Shown: positions 30,569-41,356, numbered from the stretch's first letter. The stretch: 64,000 bases of DNA from an uncultured delta proteobacterium (GCA_963705165.1 CAVPJD010000011.1:32001-96000), one strand, 5' to 3'. Made by a program: numbers and translations. Notes: a model not told the origin generated them from the letters alone.

Positions 30569-31252
30569 CTAAACCACGAAGAAAAACCTCTCGACGTGAT
30601 CGTGAACCCAGAGAGAAGCCTGTACCCGGTTCCGGGCTTTGATCTTCCGGAATATATTGTAAAGGTGAGTTCGAACGGTGTGGCTGCTGATATTGAGCCG
30701 CGCGGCGATGTCTTTGTTGTTGAGGCCCCCCGCCATCATGAACAAGATGTGAAACTCTCTCGGGCTCAGAGGGTGTCTGTCTGAATGATCGTGAGCATTC
30801 CCCCGTCGCATGAATCTTACAGGCGGCCCTTCCGGCACGAATCCCCCATCGACAAACAGGCTCCGGATGGCCAGGAGGAACTCATCCGCCGAGTCGCATC
30901 GATAGAAAAAGCCGCAAGCATAACCGGGAGTTTCTCTGTGGGGTACGCCCCCGTTGGTGCCGTCTTGGAAAAGCCCGGAAAAAAGCCCGGAAAGAAGGTC
31001 CCCGTTCCCGTTCGTCCCAGGCTGCCTGTCGGCGATCATCGCCTGGATCCGGCGATCGAGGGCATCGAAGAGAAATAGACGGGTCTGCGGCGATTGGACC
31101 TGGCGGCTCAAGGCATCCATTTGTTCGAAGGACACCGCCTCGCAGACAGCACCCGTTTCCTGAACGAGAAAGCGCGCCAGTGCCTCATTTTCCAGGTTAC
31201 GCGATCCGGCGATATAGATAACCTTACCTTCAAGTACCCTGTCGCTGTTCAT
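30569..31252 (-). CDS. LuxR-family regulator with degenerate receiver domain (CsgD/VpsT-like)
   Basis: LSPRE..IL...GLNNKDIA..LNISSHTVRTHLYNIFRKI HTH. Confidence 0.85.
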   Translation of the reverse strand: MNSDRVLEGKVIYIAGSRNLENEALARFLVQETGAVCEAVSFEQMDALSRQVQSPQTRLFLFDALDRRIQAMIADRQPGTNGNGDLLSGLFSGLFQDGTNGGVPHRETPGYACGFFYRCDSADEFLLAIRSLFVDGGFVPEGPPVRFMRRGNAHDHSDRHPLSPREFHILFMMAGGLNNKDIAARLNISSHTVRTHLYNIFRKIKARNRVQASLWVHDHVERFFFVV

Positions 31253-31256
31253 GAGC

Positions 31257-32807
31257 CTACCCCCTCTTGCCGTCATCCCGCCGGATCACCCGGCGGATCT
31301 CTTTGAACATTTCGGGAAAGAGGAACGGCTTCTGCAGATACCCCTTGCACCCCTGCGCGAGCAGCTCATTCACTTCGCCGGGAAGACTGTACCCGCTGAT
31401 GATAATCACAGGCACATCGGGGTTGTTCTTCTTCAGTTCCGCATATGTTTCCGCCCCTCCCAAGCCCGGCATGATCATGTCCAGCATGATCAGGTCGATA
31501 TTGCCTTTCCATGCCTCACAGATCTCAAGGGCCTCCCGGCCATTGAATGCTGTGAGTACCTCGTAATCCGCTGTTACCAGGGTCTCCCGAATCACCTCGA
31601 TCAGGATCTCATCGTCATCTACGAGAAGGATCGTCCCGCAGTATGGGGAAATGTCGTGCCGGGCAGGCGCTGAGACAGTCCGGAATTCGGAAGCGGGCAG
31701 CAGGATTTGTATAACCGATGAGGAGGACTCGTCGCCACGGAGTGTCATGACACCGTCATGGCCCTGGACGATGCATTGCGCATAGGTAATACTCAGGCTG
31801 TCGCGCAGGCCGATCTCACTCATCATAGAGGAAAGTCGAAGCGCCCTTGGCCTGCCTGCCTGCCCCTGTGTTACAGCGTTTGCGTCCAGGGTCACTCTCA
31901 CATACCGCCCCGGTTTGACCCGATAGAGGGTAGATTCCGGTGCGAACAGGCATGCGTTTTCCGTTTCGATATGGAATTCGCTGCTCTTCGGGAACATCTG
32001 CTGCAGGTGCATGTAAAGGTGAATAAGCATTTTTTCGAGCTGGTTCCGGTCGACCTCGACGGCCCAGAGTTTTTCCTCGAGCTTTCTTCGCATGGTGATG
32101 CCATCCCTGGCATTGGTGAATATGATGGAGGTCTTCCGGAGGATCTCGTTCAGATCGACCGGCTTGACCTGTTGCAACCGGCCGCCGGCCAGGCTCTGGA
32201 TTCTGAGCAGAAGTTCCTTGCCGGAACGCGCCTCCTGCTCGACGGCCTGAAGCTGCTTGAATGCTGGAGAATCCTGTCCCTGGAATGTATCAAGCAGGCC
32301 TTGGAGCCCCTCGAGAAGCCCGTTCATGATGAGGGCAAGGCCGCTGGTGAGAATGCCGACCGAGTCGATCTTCGTGTATTGCATGTCCGATTCGATGCGG
32401 CTTCGCTCGGCTACATTTTCGTAAGTCGTCAGCAGGCGGCCGTCAGCCAGGGCTACAAAGTGGACCTGACAGAGGCGTCTGCCGCCTCGCTTGGTCTGGA
32501 CCGCGAGGATGGTCTCCCGGTGCATGCCATCCGCCTTCGGGGTGCGGGCATGGAAAAGCTGATCGAGCAATTTGTGCGAGACCGGTTTATATGCAAACTT
32601 TTCGAACCAGGAATGGATATCCGGGATGTCCTGGATTTCATATCCGAACATTTCCCTGAATCTTTCGTTGAGGTAATCCACGGTCAAGTCGGATCGCACA
32701 GTGAGGACACCGAAGGGCATCTGCTCCATGAAATCCCGGCAGGCGTCGGACTTCGAGGGTGGGGCGGCACGATCCGGGTCCTTCTGCGGGTATGTCCTGT
32801 CTGACAT
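31257..32807 (-). CDS. PAS - degenerate HisKA/HATPase - REC hybrid (pseudokinase)
   Basis: PAS domain; CckA-like kinase core lacking the H/N/G boxes; intact REC (VDDD, LDMIMP, S, KPF). Confidence 0.8.
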   Translation of the reverse strand: MSDRTYPQKDPDRAAPPSKSDACRDFMEQMPFGVLTVRSDLTVDYLNERFREMFGYEIQDIPDIHSWFEKFAYKPVSHKLLDQLFHARTPKADGMHRETILAVQTKRGGRRLCQVHFVALADGRLLTTYENVAERSRIESDMQYTKIDSVGILTSGLALIMNGLLEGLQGLLDTFQGQDSPAFKQLQAVEQEARSGKELLLRIQSLAGGRLQQVKPVDLNEILRKTSIIFTNARDGITMRRKLEEKLWAVEVDRNQLEKMLIHLYMHLQQMFPKSSEFHIETENACLFAPESTLYRVKPGRYVRVTLDANAVTQGQAGRPRALRLSSMMSEIGLRDSLSITYAQCIVQGHDGVMTLRGDESSSSVIQILLPASEFRTVSAPARHDISPYCGTILLVDDDEILIEVIRETLVTADYEVLTAFNGREALEICEAWKGNIDLIMLDMIMPGLGGAETYAELKKNNPDVPVIIISGYSLPGEVNELLAQGCKGYLQKPFLFPEMFKEIRRVIRRDDGKRG

Positions 32808-32843
32808 GACGTCACCTCGGCTATGATGGTTGACGCTTCGTAG

Positions 32844-32859
32844 AGCACCAGTCATACCA
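32844..32859 (-). promoter_or_regulatory. Putative sigma54 promoter
   Basis: Minus strand TGGTAT-GACTG-GTGCT (GG-N10-GC), 37 nt before ATG 32807. Confidence 0.45.
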
Positions 32860-33200
32860 AAATCGTATGTTCTTATTTTATGAATAATAACGGGCTGTTG
32901 AAATAAATAGCCCTTGGAGGGCATGCTGCCGGGTCCTGAATCCAGCATGCCGGAATGGCCGCATCCCGGGGAAAATCTCCAATGATTTCAGCCGGAACGG
33001 GAAAGTGATCCACTATGGGATGGTCCGAGATGAACAGCATGGTGAGAAACGGCCGGGACGCAGGAGAGCCCGGCAAGGGTTGATGAGCCGGGCTTCCATC
33101 ATGGGGGCCCTCGCGAAGGAATGATGCGCGAAAGCTCCTGTCACACGGCCCCGGGGGCAGGCTGCGCGGGTGGCGCGCCGCCTGCCTTGCATGGAGGGGG

Positions 33201-34568
33201 TCAGTCCACCCCGTAGGAGGCGAGCTTGCGTCTCAAGGTGTTGAGACCGATCCCGAGAAGCTTTGCCGTTCGGAGTTTGTTGTGGGTCGTCTCCTCGTAA
33301 GCCTTCAGGATGTGGCCCCGCTCCGCCTCGGCCAGGGGGACGATCGGTCCTCCCGCCAGGACGGCGGTTTGCCGCCGGGCCGGTTTCGCCCCCCGCAGGT
33401 ACTCCGGGAGGAATCGCACGGCAAGGGGCCTGTGCTGTGCGAGGTTGCACGACGACTGGATGATGGAGCGCAGCTCCCGGACGTTTCCGGGATAGTCGTA
33501 ATGCATGAGAATCTGAAGGGCGTCCTCCTCGACTTCACGATTTGCCTCCCCCCGGAATTCCCGCAGGAAGGTATTCATGAGCAGGGGAATGTCATCCCTG
33601 CGCTCCCGAAGGGGGATGATCCTCAGCCAGGCTCCTTTCAACCGGTAATACAGGTCCTTGCGGAACAGTCCCTTGATCAGCAGCTTGTCGAGATCGGCAT
33701 TGGTGGCCGCGATGAAGCGCACATCCACCTTGCGGGCTGTGCTGGTGCCGAGTTTGATGATTTCCCCTTCCTGCAGCACGCGGAGCAGCTTTCCCTGGAA
33801 GTCCAGGGGCAAATCCCCGATCTCGTCCAGGAACAGCGTTCCGCGGTTCGAGTGCTCGAGGTATCCCGCACGATCCTTTTCCGCCCCGGTGAAGGCCCCT
33901 TTGGTGTGGCCGAAAAACTCGGCGTCGAACAGGCTCCCTGTCAGCGAGGCCATGTTGATCGAGGTAAAGGGAAACGACGCCCGGGGAGAGGACCGATGGA
34001 TCGCCCGGGCCAGGAGCTCCTTTCCCGTGCCGCTCTCCCCGGTGATGAGGGCGGGCACATTGCTTGCGGCGTGAAGCTCCGCCTCCTTCAGCAGGCGAAG
34101 CATCTTTTCCGACTGGGTGACGATCGGCGCAAAGGCGTCCTTGTGCTTGATCTGGGGAAGGCTGCCTGTCTTGCCGACGGAGAGGACCTCCAGGAGACGA
34201 CGCCTCTCGAGGGCCCGATTGATCTTGGAGACGAGCTCGTCTCGTGAAACGGGTTTGGTGAGGTAATCGTAAGCGCCTTTCTGCAGGCACTCGACGGCCA
34301 TCCGGGCATCGTTGATGGCCGTCACCATGATGCACTCCGTATCGGGGCTGACGCTTTTGATGATCTCCAGGAGCTGCACCCCGGTGATCCAGGGCATGGT
34401 GATGTCGATGAGTGCAACGGCATAGCGGTCGCCCTGCTGTAAGGAAGATGCTGCAACGCGGGGATCGCTTTCCACCCGGACATCCCGGATTCCCGAACTG
34501 ATCAGGCCCCGCTTTACGCTGTCGAGAAAATCCACTTCATCATCGATGACAAGAACCACGTCACTCAT
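33201..34568 (-). CDS. sigma54-dependent response regulator (NtrC family)
   Basis: REC domain, GESGTGKE, GAFTGA, FLDEIG, PGNVREL, Fis-type HTH. Confidence 0.95.
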   Translation of the reverse strand: MSDVVLVIDDEVDFLDSVKRGLISSGIRDVRVESDPRVAASSLQQGDRYAVALIDITMPWITGVQLLEIIKSVSPDTECIMVTAINDARMAVECLQKGAYDYLTKPVSRDELVSKINRALERRRLLEVLSVGKTGSLPQIKHKDAFAPIVTQSEKMLRLLKEAELHAASNVPALITGESGTGKELLARAIHRSSPRASFPFTSINMASLTGSLFDAEFFGHTKGAFTGAEKDRAGYLEHSNRGTLFLDEIGDLPLDFQGKLLRVLQEGEIIKLGTSTARKVDVRFIAATNADLDKLLIKGLFRKDLYYRLKGAWLRIIPLRERRDDIPLLMNTFLREFRGEANREVEEDALQILMHYDYPGNVRELRSIIQSSCNLAQHRPLAVRFLPEYLRGAKPARRQTAVLAGGPIVPLAEAERGHILKAYEETTHNKLRTAKLLGIGLNTLRRKLASYGVD

Positions 34569-37500
34569 GCGCCAACTCCCTTTTGCTCGGATGGTTTTTT
34601 ACTGTGATCCGGATCTCCCAGATCGGGGATCACGACGCGGAAGGTCGCTCCCCTGCCGATTTCGCTCTCCACGGATATGGACCCGCCGACGGACTCGAGA
34701 AGATTCTTCGAGATGTAGAGGCCGAGGCCGGTTCCCATCCCCTCCTCCTTCGTCGTGAAGAAGGGGTCGAAGACGCGGGAGGCTGTCTTTGCATCCATCC
34801 CGCAGCCGTTGTCTTCAATCTCCAGGACAAGACCCTCTTTCCCGGAGGCCTCTCGCCGCACATCGAGCCGGATGTGAGAGTCCGGCTTGTCCGCCGCCTG
34901 GGCAGCATTGATCAGCAGGTTGATGAGGGTCTGCTCGATGGCATCGGGGTCGGAGACCATTTCGGGCATGTCCTGCTCAACCTGCACGGAGAAGGTCTTC
35001 ACCGTCTTGCGGATCTGCGTGTGACAGATGGCGATGGCCCTTTCCACGACGCCGGTTGGCAGGATCGGTCTTGCCCCCCTCTCGTCCTTCTTGCGCGAGA
35101 ATTCCTTCAGCTTGGCTACGGTCGTGTTGATCCGCGTGGAACCGTGCTCGATGTTCTCCAGCAGCTTCATCACATCCGTGCGAAATTCCGCGTAAGGCAT
35201 GCCCTGAACCTCAAAAAGGGGTGTCCTTGCGGCGTGCTCGTCGAGGACCGGCAGGATATCCCGGAGGTAATCGCGGAGGATCGGGATGTTGAAGCTGATG
35301 AAGTTGTTCGGGTTGTTGATCTCGTGGACGATCCCGGAGATGAGAAGCCCCAGCGAGGCGAGCTTTTCGCTCTGGATCAGCTCCCTTTCCATCAACCGCT
35401 GTTTTGTGCGGTCGGTAATCCGGATGATGGCCATGCTGCGCTCCCCGCCGCCGGCATGGACCGGGTAGACAAACACCTCCTCGTACCGGGCGGAATCCCC
35501 GCTCGAAGCGAGATCGAAGCGGGCCGGTCCTTCCCCGGCGGTGGCCGATTGGACGAGGCTGGAGGCTTCACTGCCGTAACGGTGCTCGAAGGGCTCGAGG
35601 CAGGAGGTCCCGATCATCTCCTGGTACTGTGCCGCACCGAAAAACCGCAGGGCCGCCCGGTTGAGCATGATCAGCGTCATGTCCTCCCGGACCATGATCA
35701 GCGGATCGGAGATTCCGTCGAAAACCGACCGGAGCATGTTGCGGCTCTCCCGGATCTGCTGCTCCGATTGTTTGCGTTCCGTGATGTCCCGGCCCACGCC
35801 CTGGTGTTCGACGGGGGTTCCCGACTCATCGTAGATGGACCGGTTGGTCCATTGCAGCCAGCGAACTGCGCCGTCGGGCATCTCGATGCGGAACTCCATG
35901 TGAAACACCGGGTGATGCTGAGTCAGAGAGCCGTAGGCGGTCCAGAGGTTGCGCCGGTCCTCCTTGGGTATCGAGGGAAGGTAACGCTTCCCCAGGATCT
36001 CGTCCCGAGTGTTTCCGAAATAGCGGCAGAATGCCTCATTGACAAAGGAGACCGTCCCGTCCGGACGGAAACGGCAGATGATTTCCGTCTGGTCCTCGAC
36101 GATGGCCCGATAGAGCTGCTCGCTGTTGACGAGCGCCTCTTCCGTCTTGTGGTGCTCCTCGAGCTCGAGTCGCAACAGCATGTTGGCGACGTCGAGCTCC
36201 CGGGTCTGTTCGGCAACCTGCTTCTCAAGATCATCCTTGGCGAACAGCAGAATCCGGGCGGCCTTCTTCTGGGTCGTGATGTCCAGGGCCGTGAAGACGA
36301 CCCCTGAGGCGATGTCGGCCGGGTCAATGGGGGCGGAGCTCAGATGGACATCGAAGAGGGTGCCATCCTTCCGCCGCCAGCGCGTCTCGACAGCCCCTTT
36401 GCCCCTCGCTTCGATCTCGGCATACTTTTGCCGGCCCGCCCGTTCAAACTCCTCGTCATCGGGGTAAAGGACACGGGCGCTTTTTCCCTTGATATCCTCG
36501 ATCGCGTATCCCGTCATCTGGGTCATGCCCTCATTCACCCACCCCAGGACGCGGTCATGGACGATCCCCACACCAATGGGGGCCGCCTTCAGGATGCTTC
36601 CCAACAGGGCCTCGTTCTTCCGCAGGGCCTCCTGGACCCGCTTGAGCTCGCTGATATCCGTGACGGTCCCCGAGGAGCCGACGATCCGGCCGTTTCGCAC
36701 AATCGGCCGAGACCTCGTCAACGTCTGGAAGCGGCTCCCGTCTCTCCGGAGCATCGTGTACTCCTGATAAACCAGCGGCGTCCCTTCCCGGATCGACCGG
36801 ATGTTCCGGATGGCCGTTTCGCGATCCTCGGGGACGATGACAGAAAGAAAGTTGACCCCCTTTTCCACCTCGACGGCGCTGTAGTTGAACATCTCCAGGG
36901 CCGTGTTGTTGGCGTAGTTCACCTTGCCGTCGAAGTCCGCCTCGTAGATCCCGACGGGCAGGTGATCGGCAAGTTCGCGATACCGGGCTTCACTTGCCCG
37001 AAGGGCCTCGTCGGCCTTCTGTTTCTCGGTGACGTCGAGGGCCGAGATGACGACCCCTTGTGCCGCATCGTCCGAATGGAGCGGGGTCACACTCAGAAGA
37101 ACGTCGATCATGGATCCGTCGTGGCGTTTCCATCTCGTCTGTGTTTCCCCGATTCCGTCCTTCCCGGTGCTGCCGTAGAGCTCCTTGCCCACCCGCTGGA
37201 ACTCCTCTTCGCTTTCGTAGAGGAGCCGGGCGGTCCTCCCGCTTACATCATCCTCGCCGTAGCCCGTCATGCGTTGATAGTATTCGTTGGACCAATGAAG
37301 CGTCCGTTCGCGGCCGAAGGCAATCCCCACGGGCACGGCTTTCAGGATGCTTTGCAGCATGGCCTCGCTTTTCCGCAAAGCGCTCTGCGCTTCCTTGAGG
37401 GCGCTGATGTCCGTGACGACGCCCATCAAGCCCGTCACCTTGCCGTTGTGCTTCACAGGTTTGGACGTCAGCAGTCCGGGAAAGCGGCTCCCGTCTTTCC

Positions 37501-40500
37501 GGACAAACGTATAGTCCGTGTAAGGAAGGCCCTGATCCTCGCGAAGGGCCTGCAATCGGCGCTTCGCCGTATCATGATCCTCGGGGGCGATGATCTGAAG
37601 GAAGTGGATCCCTTTTGTGATGTCATCCTCCCCGTATCCGTACATCTCCATGGCAGTTTTGTTGGCGTAGGTGAAGTACCCGTCCAATGTGGCCTCATAG
37701 ACTCCGGCAGGAATCGTGTCGGCAAGCTCCCGATAACGCGCCTCGCTGATCCGAAGGGACTCCTCCGCCTGTTTGCGCTCGGTGATGTCGGTGCAGACGA
37801 GATAGCCCGCCAGTATTTCTCCCTTGTCATTATGAATAGGAACGCCGCTGACCAATTCGTGGCGAACGGTCCCGTCTTTTCTGACCGCCATAACTTCCTG
37901 ATTCAATGTTCTCTGTCCCCTCAGGGCACGGGGCAAGGGTAATTCTTCAAGGGGGTATGGATTTCCCTGTAAATCGCAGTCCTTCCAGCTCATCTTCATC
38001 TCAAAGAGTGATTGCCCAACCGGGGTTGGCTCATCCATGATCCCGAGAAGCTCCCGGATGGCCGGATTCGCAATCCGCACCACTGCATCGGGCATACTCG
38101 CCAAGGCCATCGGATACGGAGATTGCTCGAAGGCTTGTTCGAGCAAGATTTTTGTGTTTGCCAAATCCGTCTCGGCCCGCTTGCGCTCGGTGATGTCGAT
38201 AAACGTCTCCAGAATCTTATCATCGCCGCCAATCCGGATGAGCCTCGCGGTTTTGATGATCGGCACGCGGCTACCGTCGCTTGTCAGTAGAACACGTTCG
38301 GACCTGTCAATCACCTGCCCGAGATCCGTCATGGGGCAGTGCCCCTTTTCCGCCGGACAGACATATCTTTGGCACTCCCTGCCGATCACCTTCTCTTCCG
38401 TGTCTCCAAACAACTCCAGGGCCTTGCTGTTGGCGCGCTCGATGACATGGGTCTTGGCGTCGATAATCAGCACACCAGCGTCGATGTTCTGTAGCAACAG
38501 TTTCTGCAGGGCCTCGCTGGCCCGAAGGGATTCCTCCGCCTGCTTGCGCTCTGTCACGTCACGCAGGATGCCGCCGATGCCGACCCGTCCATCCTCCAGA
38601 TTCACGCGGAACTTCGTCGTCTCCAGAAGCCGGTCGTTGATCCTCTGCTCATAGAGCAGCGGGCCTCCAGCCCGTTTCAGCAGCTTGAGGTCTGTCTCAT
38701 CCTTTTTCTTTTCCGCCGCATCCGCGGGATTAAACATTTCGCTGTCCGTTTTCCCGATGATCTCTTCCCTGGTGCGTCCCAGAAGGGAAAGACCTGCCTC
38801 GTTCACGAACAGGTACCGGCGATCGTTGTCCTTCAGGAAGACAGGGTCCCGGAAAGAATTGAGGAAGGTATGGAGCCTTTCTTCGGACTGACGCCGGGCC
38901 TCCTCGGCTTTTTTTCTCTCCGTGATGTCCCTGGAATACTCGATCACGCCCTTGAGCTGCCCGGTTTTGTGATCGACCCAGGGGTAGCTGAAAACCTCGA
39001 CCCACCCCTTGATTTTCCCGTCGGGGCCCGCGATGGAACGGGTCATGGAGGCGGCCTTCCCCGCCTCGAGGGTCTTTTGGATCGCACAGTCGCTGCAGGG
39101 GCTCTTCAGGCCGTAAAAGGCTTCGTAACACTTTCTGCCCGGAAGGGTTGGGGCGTGAGGAAACCGTTTCTCTATCGTCTTGTTGACGCGAAGGATCGTC
39201 ATGTCCGGCGCTGCGACCATGATGCCGTCCTGGATGGCGTCGAAGACCCCGGAAAGGAAACGTTCCTGATCGCGAATGGTTGCGTGCGTCTCCTCCAGGG
39301 CCCTGTCCTGCTCTTCCCTCTCGACGGCCGCACCGAGAATTTCAGATGCCGCCCCCAGGGGAGAGATCTCCTCCTCGGTCCATTGAGTATCGCCCGAGTA
39401 GTCGGCAAACCCGATGAAGCCCCACCAGCGCTCGCCCATCAGGACAGGCATGACGGCGATGGACATCTTCTTGTCGAGGGCAAGATCCGCCACGTCCTGG
39501 ACGGGGAACTGCCCGATCGTGCCGTAAATCGGCCGTCCCTCGCTCTTTTCGTAGACCCATCGGGAAAAGTGGACGGCCAGCTTAGAATTCTGAAGGAATT
39601 TTTTCCGGTTCCCATGGCTTTTGATCTGCGGGGAAAGCCACTCGTAGCTGCGCAGGACGGCGATATCTCCCTGCGCCCCGATGCGATTCTCGCAAAGGAA
39701 AACGTGGGAGGCGTTCATGGCGGCGCCAAAGCGCTCGAGAACTTTCTCGATCCGGTCCCTCCACGAAGAGCTCTTCAGAAAGCCCTCGGCGGCAAACGTC
39801 ACGGCCTCCAGGATGGCGGCACGTTTTTCCAGGACGTCCTGCGTGTACTTCCGGAATGTGATGTCCCGGCCTACGGACTGGTATTCCAGGATGTTGCCGC
39901 TGTCGTCGAAAAGCGCCCGGTAGGTCCACTGATTCCAGAGGATATCGCCGAAGGCGGTCAAGACATGGTACTCGAGGGTGTCCACGGGACGCTCTGGCCG
40001 GAGGCCTTTCAGGCGGGAATAGACTTTTTCACGGTCCGCCTCGGAGATGGACAGAAGAATGTTCCGGTCGTGCAGGTCATCCCTGTCGCAGCCGAAGTAG
40101 CGGCAATAGGCTTCGTTGACATAGGTCAGGGTGCCGTCGGGGCGAAAACGGCAGATCAGCTCCGTCTGGTCCGTACCGTCTGGATCGTCCGGATGCTCGC
40201 TGCCGGAGAGCTCTCCATGCGTTGATGGCTGGGCGGTGACCTCGTAGAGCGCCCCCTCGGAAAACACGGGCTCGCCTGCATCGTCCCGGATGTCCTTGAC
40301 CACCTTGTAGAGTCTTCGAATGCGGCCGTCCCTGTCGAGGATCGTGTAACCGCTTTCCGATGCGGACTTGATGTCCGAGCCAGCGTGGCGGATGGAGCTG
40401 GCCGGTTTCGTTTCCGTTCGGACCGACGTCGGATCGGGATGCTCTTCCGACCCCGATTTTTTTCCGGCACGCCGCCTCACGGCAGGGGCGCTGACGGGCG

Positions 40501-40597
40501 CCTTCTCCGCGGCGACTTTGCGCAGCTTTCTTTCGGCCTCGATCAGTTTGTCGATCAAGGCCTTCTTCGACATTTTCTCATAGCTTGGCTCGCGCAT
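34565..40597 (-). CDS. Giant soluble multi-PAS/GAF sensor histidine kinase
   Basis: About 11 PAS repeats (many ending DITERK), one GAF, HEINNP H-box, N/G1/F/G2 boxes; no TM segments apparent. Confidence 0.93.
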   Translation of the reverse strand: MREPSYEKMSKKALIDKLIEAERKLRKVAAEKAPVSAPAVRRRAGKKSGSEEHPDPTSVRTETKPASSIRHAGSDIKSASESGYTILDRDGRIRRLYKVVKDIRDDAGEPVFSEGALYEVTAQPSTHGELSGSEHPDDPDGTDQTELICRFRPDGTLTYVNEAYCRYFGCDRDDLHDRNILLSISEADREKVYSRLKGLRPERPVDTLEYHVLTAFGDILWNQWTYRALFDDSGNILEYQSVGRDITFRKYTQDVLEKRAAILEAVTFAAEGFLKSSSWRDRIEKVLERFGAAMNASHVFLCENRIGAQGDIAVLRSYEWLSPQIKSHGNRKKFLQNSKLAVHFSRWVYEKSEGRPIYGTIGQFPVQDVADLALDKKMSIAVMPVLMGERWWGFIGFADYSGDTQWTEEEISPLGAASEILGAAVEREEQDRALEETHATIRDQERFLSGVFDAIQDGIMVAAPDMTILRVNKTIEKRFPHAPTLPGRKCYEAFYGLKSPCSDCAIQKTLEAGKAASMTRSIAGPDGKIKGWVEVFSYPWVDHKTGQLKGVIEYSRDITERKKAEEARRQSEERLHTFLNSFRDPVFLKDNDRRYLFVNEAGLSLLGRTREEIIGKTDSEMFNPADAAEKKKDETDLKLLKRAGGPLLYEQRINDRLLETTKFRVNLEDGRVGIGGILRDVTERKQAEESLRASEALQKLLLQNIDAGVLIIDAKTHVIERANSKALELFGDTEEKVIGRECQRYVCPAEKGHCPMTDLGQVIDRSERVLLTSDGSRVPIIKTARLIRIGGDDKILETFIDITERKRAETDLANTKILLEQAFEQSPYPMALASMPDAVVRIANPAIRELLGIMDEPTPVGQSLFEMKMSWKDCDLQGNPYPLEELPLPRALRGQRTLNQEVMAVRKDGTVRHELVSGVPIHNDKGEILAGYLVCTDITERKQAEESLRISEARYRELADTIPAGVYEATLDGYFTYANKTAMEMYGYGEDDITKGIHFLQIIAPEDHDTAKRRLQALREDQGLPYTDYTFVRKDGSRFPGLLTSKPVKHNGKVTGLMGVVTDISALKEAQSALRKSEAMLQSILKAVPVGIAFGRERTLHWSNEYYQRMTGYGEDDVSGRTARLLYESEEEFQRVGKELYGSTGKDGIGETQTRWKRHDGSMIDVLLSVTPLHSDDAAQGVVISALDVTEKQKADEALRASEARYRELADHLPVGIYEADFDGKVNYANNTALEMFNYSAVEVEKGVNFLSVIVPEDRETAIRNIRSIREGTPLVYQEYTMLRRDGSRFQTLTRSRPIVRNGRIVGSSGTVTDISELKRVQEALRKNEALLGSILKAAPIGVGIVHDRVLGWVNEGMTQMTGYAIEDIKGKSARVLYPDDEEFERAGRQKYAEIEARGKGAVETRWRRKDGTLFDVHLSSAPIDPADIASGVVFTALDITTQKKAARILLFAKDDLEKQVAEQTRELDVANMLLRLELEEHHKTEEALVNSEQLYRAIVEDQTEIICRFRPDGTVSFVNEAFCRYFGNTRDEILGKRYLPSIPKEDRRNLWTAYGSLTQHHPVFHMEFRIEMPDGAVRWLQWTNRSIYDESGTPVEHQGVGRDITERKQSEQQIRESRNMLRSVFDGISDPLIMVREDMTLIMLNRAALRFFGAAQYQEMIGTSCLEPFEHRYGSEASSLVQSATAGEGPARFDLASSGDSARYEEVFVYPVHAGGGERSMAIIRITDRTKQRLMERELIQSEKLASLGLLISGIVHEINNPNNFISFNIPILRDYLRDILPVLDEHAARTPLFEVQGMPYAEFRTDVMKLLENIEHGSTRINTTVAKLKEFSRKKDERGARPILPTGVVERAIAICHTQIRKTVKTFSVQVEQDMPEMVSDPDAIEQTLINLLINAAQAADKPDSHIRLDVRREASGKEGLVLEIEDNGCGMDAKTASRVFDPFFTTKEEGMGTGLGLYISKNLLESVGGSISVESEIGRGATFRVVIPDLGDPDHSKKPSEQKGVGA

Positions 40598-40857
40598 TGT
40601 TTCTGTCCGTCCCCATAGAAGAATTCGGCATCAGGACGTTTATAATGCAAAAGTCAAACCGGATGGCACCTTAAGGGCAGAATTTTCAAAGGTGTCGGGC
40701 ACGGCAGTCCTCCTGCCTGCCCGACAGGCAGGAGGGGAGATTCCCTCTCGCGGAAGGGTTCCGGGGAAAGGCGAGTGTGTGGAGCCAGGAGGTTTTGAAC
40801 CGGGGTGGCCGACGATGCTGTTTTAGGGGATTCTCCTTTCCTATCATCGTTGAACGA

Positions 40858-40996
40858 TAAAAAGTCCTTGCACCAAGGTGCCAGGAATTTAGAAACTTAG
40901 GGAAGTTGATTGTCTGTTATTATGCTTGCTTACCCCGCAGCAATGTTCGACAAGCTCACATCAGGCGCTGCAGGGATGCGCGTGCAATCGTTTTCA
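40858..40996 (+). mobile_element. Non-coding palindromic mini-element, copy 3 (lacks the internal ~85 nt)
   Basis: Matches both ends of 10249-10475. Confidence 0.75.
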
Positions 40997-41299
40997 GTGA
41001 GAATGGTTGAGATTATAGAGATCGTATCCCCGCGCAAAGATCCACTCGATTTCCATCTGATCGCCCAGGTTGAGATCGATCCTTTTCTGGCGGGGCAGCA
41101 CTTTACGGACCTCGTCGATACAGGGCAAAGAGTGCTCCGGAACGGCCAATTTGATTTCAAAGGGTGTGTCCTCCAGCACGACGATCCTGTTGGCCGAGCA
41201 ATACTTCTCGCCGATGATGCCCTGGAGGTGTGGGTAGATTGCAACGCCTTGGAGCGAGATTTCCTTGTTTTTTTCTTCGGGGCTGTTTTTCTCCGTCAT
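40994..41299 (-). CDS. Hypothetical protein
   Basis: AAGGAG RBS; own sigma54-like promoter and enhancer boxes upstream. Confidence 0.6.
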   Translation of the reverse strand: MTEKNSPEEKNKEISLQGVAIYPHLQGIIGEKYCSANRIVVLEDTPFEIKLAVPEHSLPCIDEVRKVLPRQKRIDLNLGDQMEIEWIFARGYDLYNLNHSH

Positions 41300-41356
41300 G
41301 ACTCACTCCTTTCCGGTCCGTGTTCGGCAATGCATAATCGGTTTGCCCTTCATCAA

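Noticed and set aside
40644..40662. sigma54 promoter for the giant kinase (CGGTTTGACTTTTGCA, minus strand)
   Set aside because: Spacing and the -12 element fit, but the -24 element is too poor to support a call.
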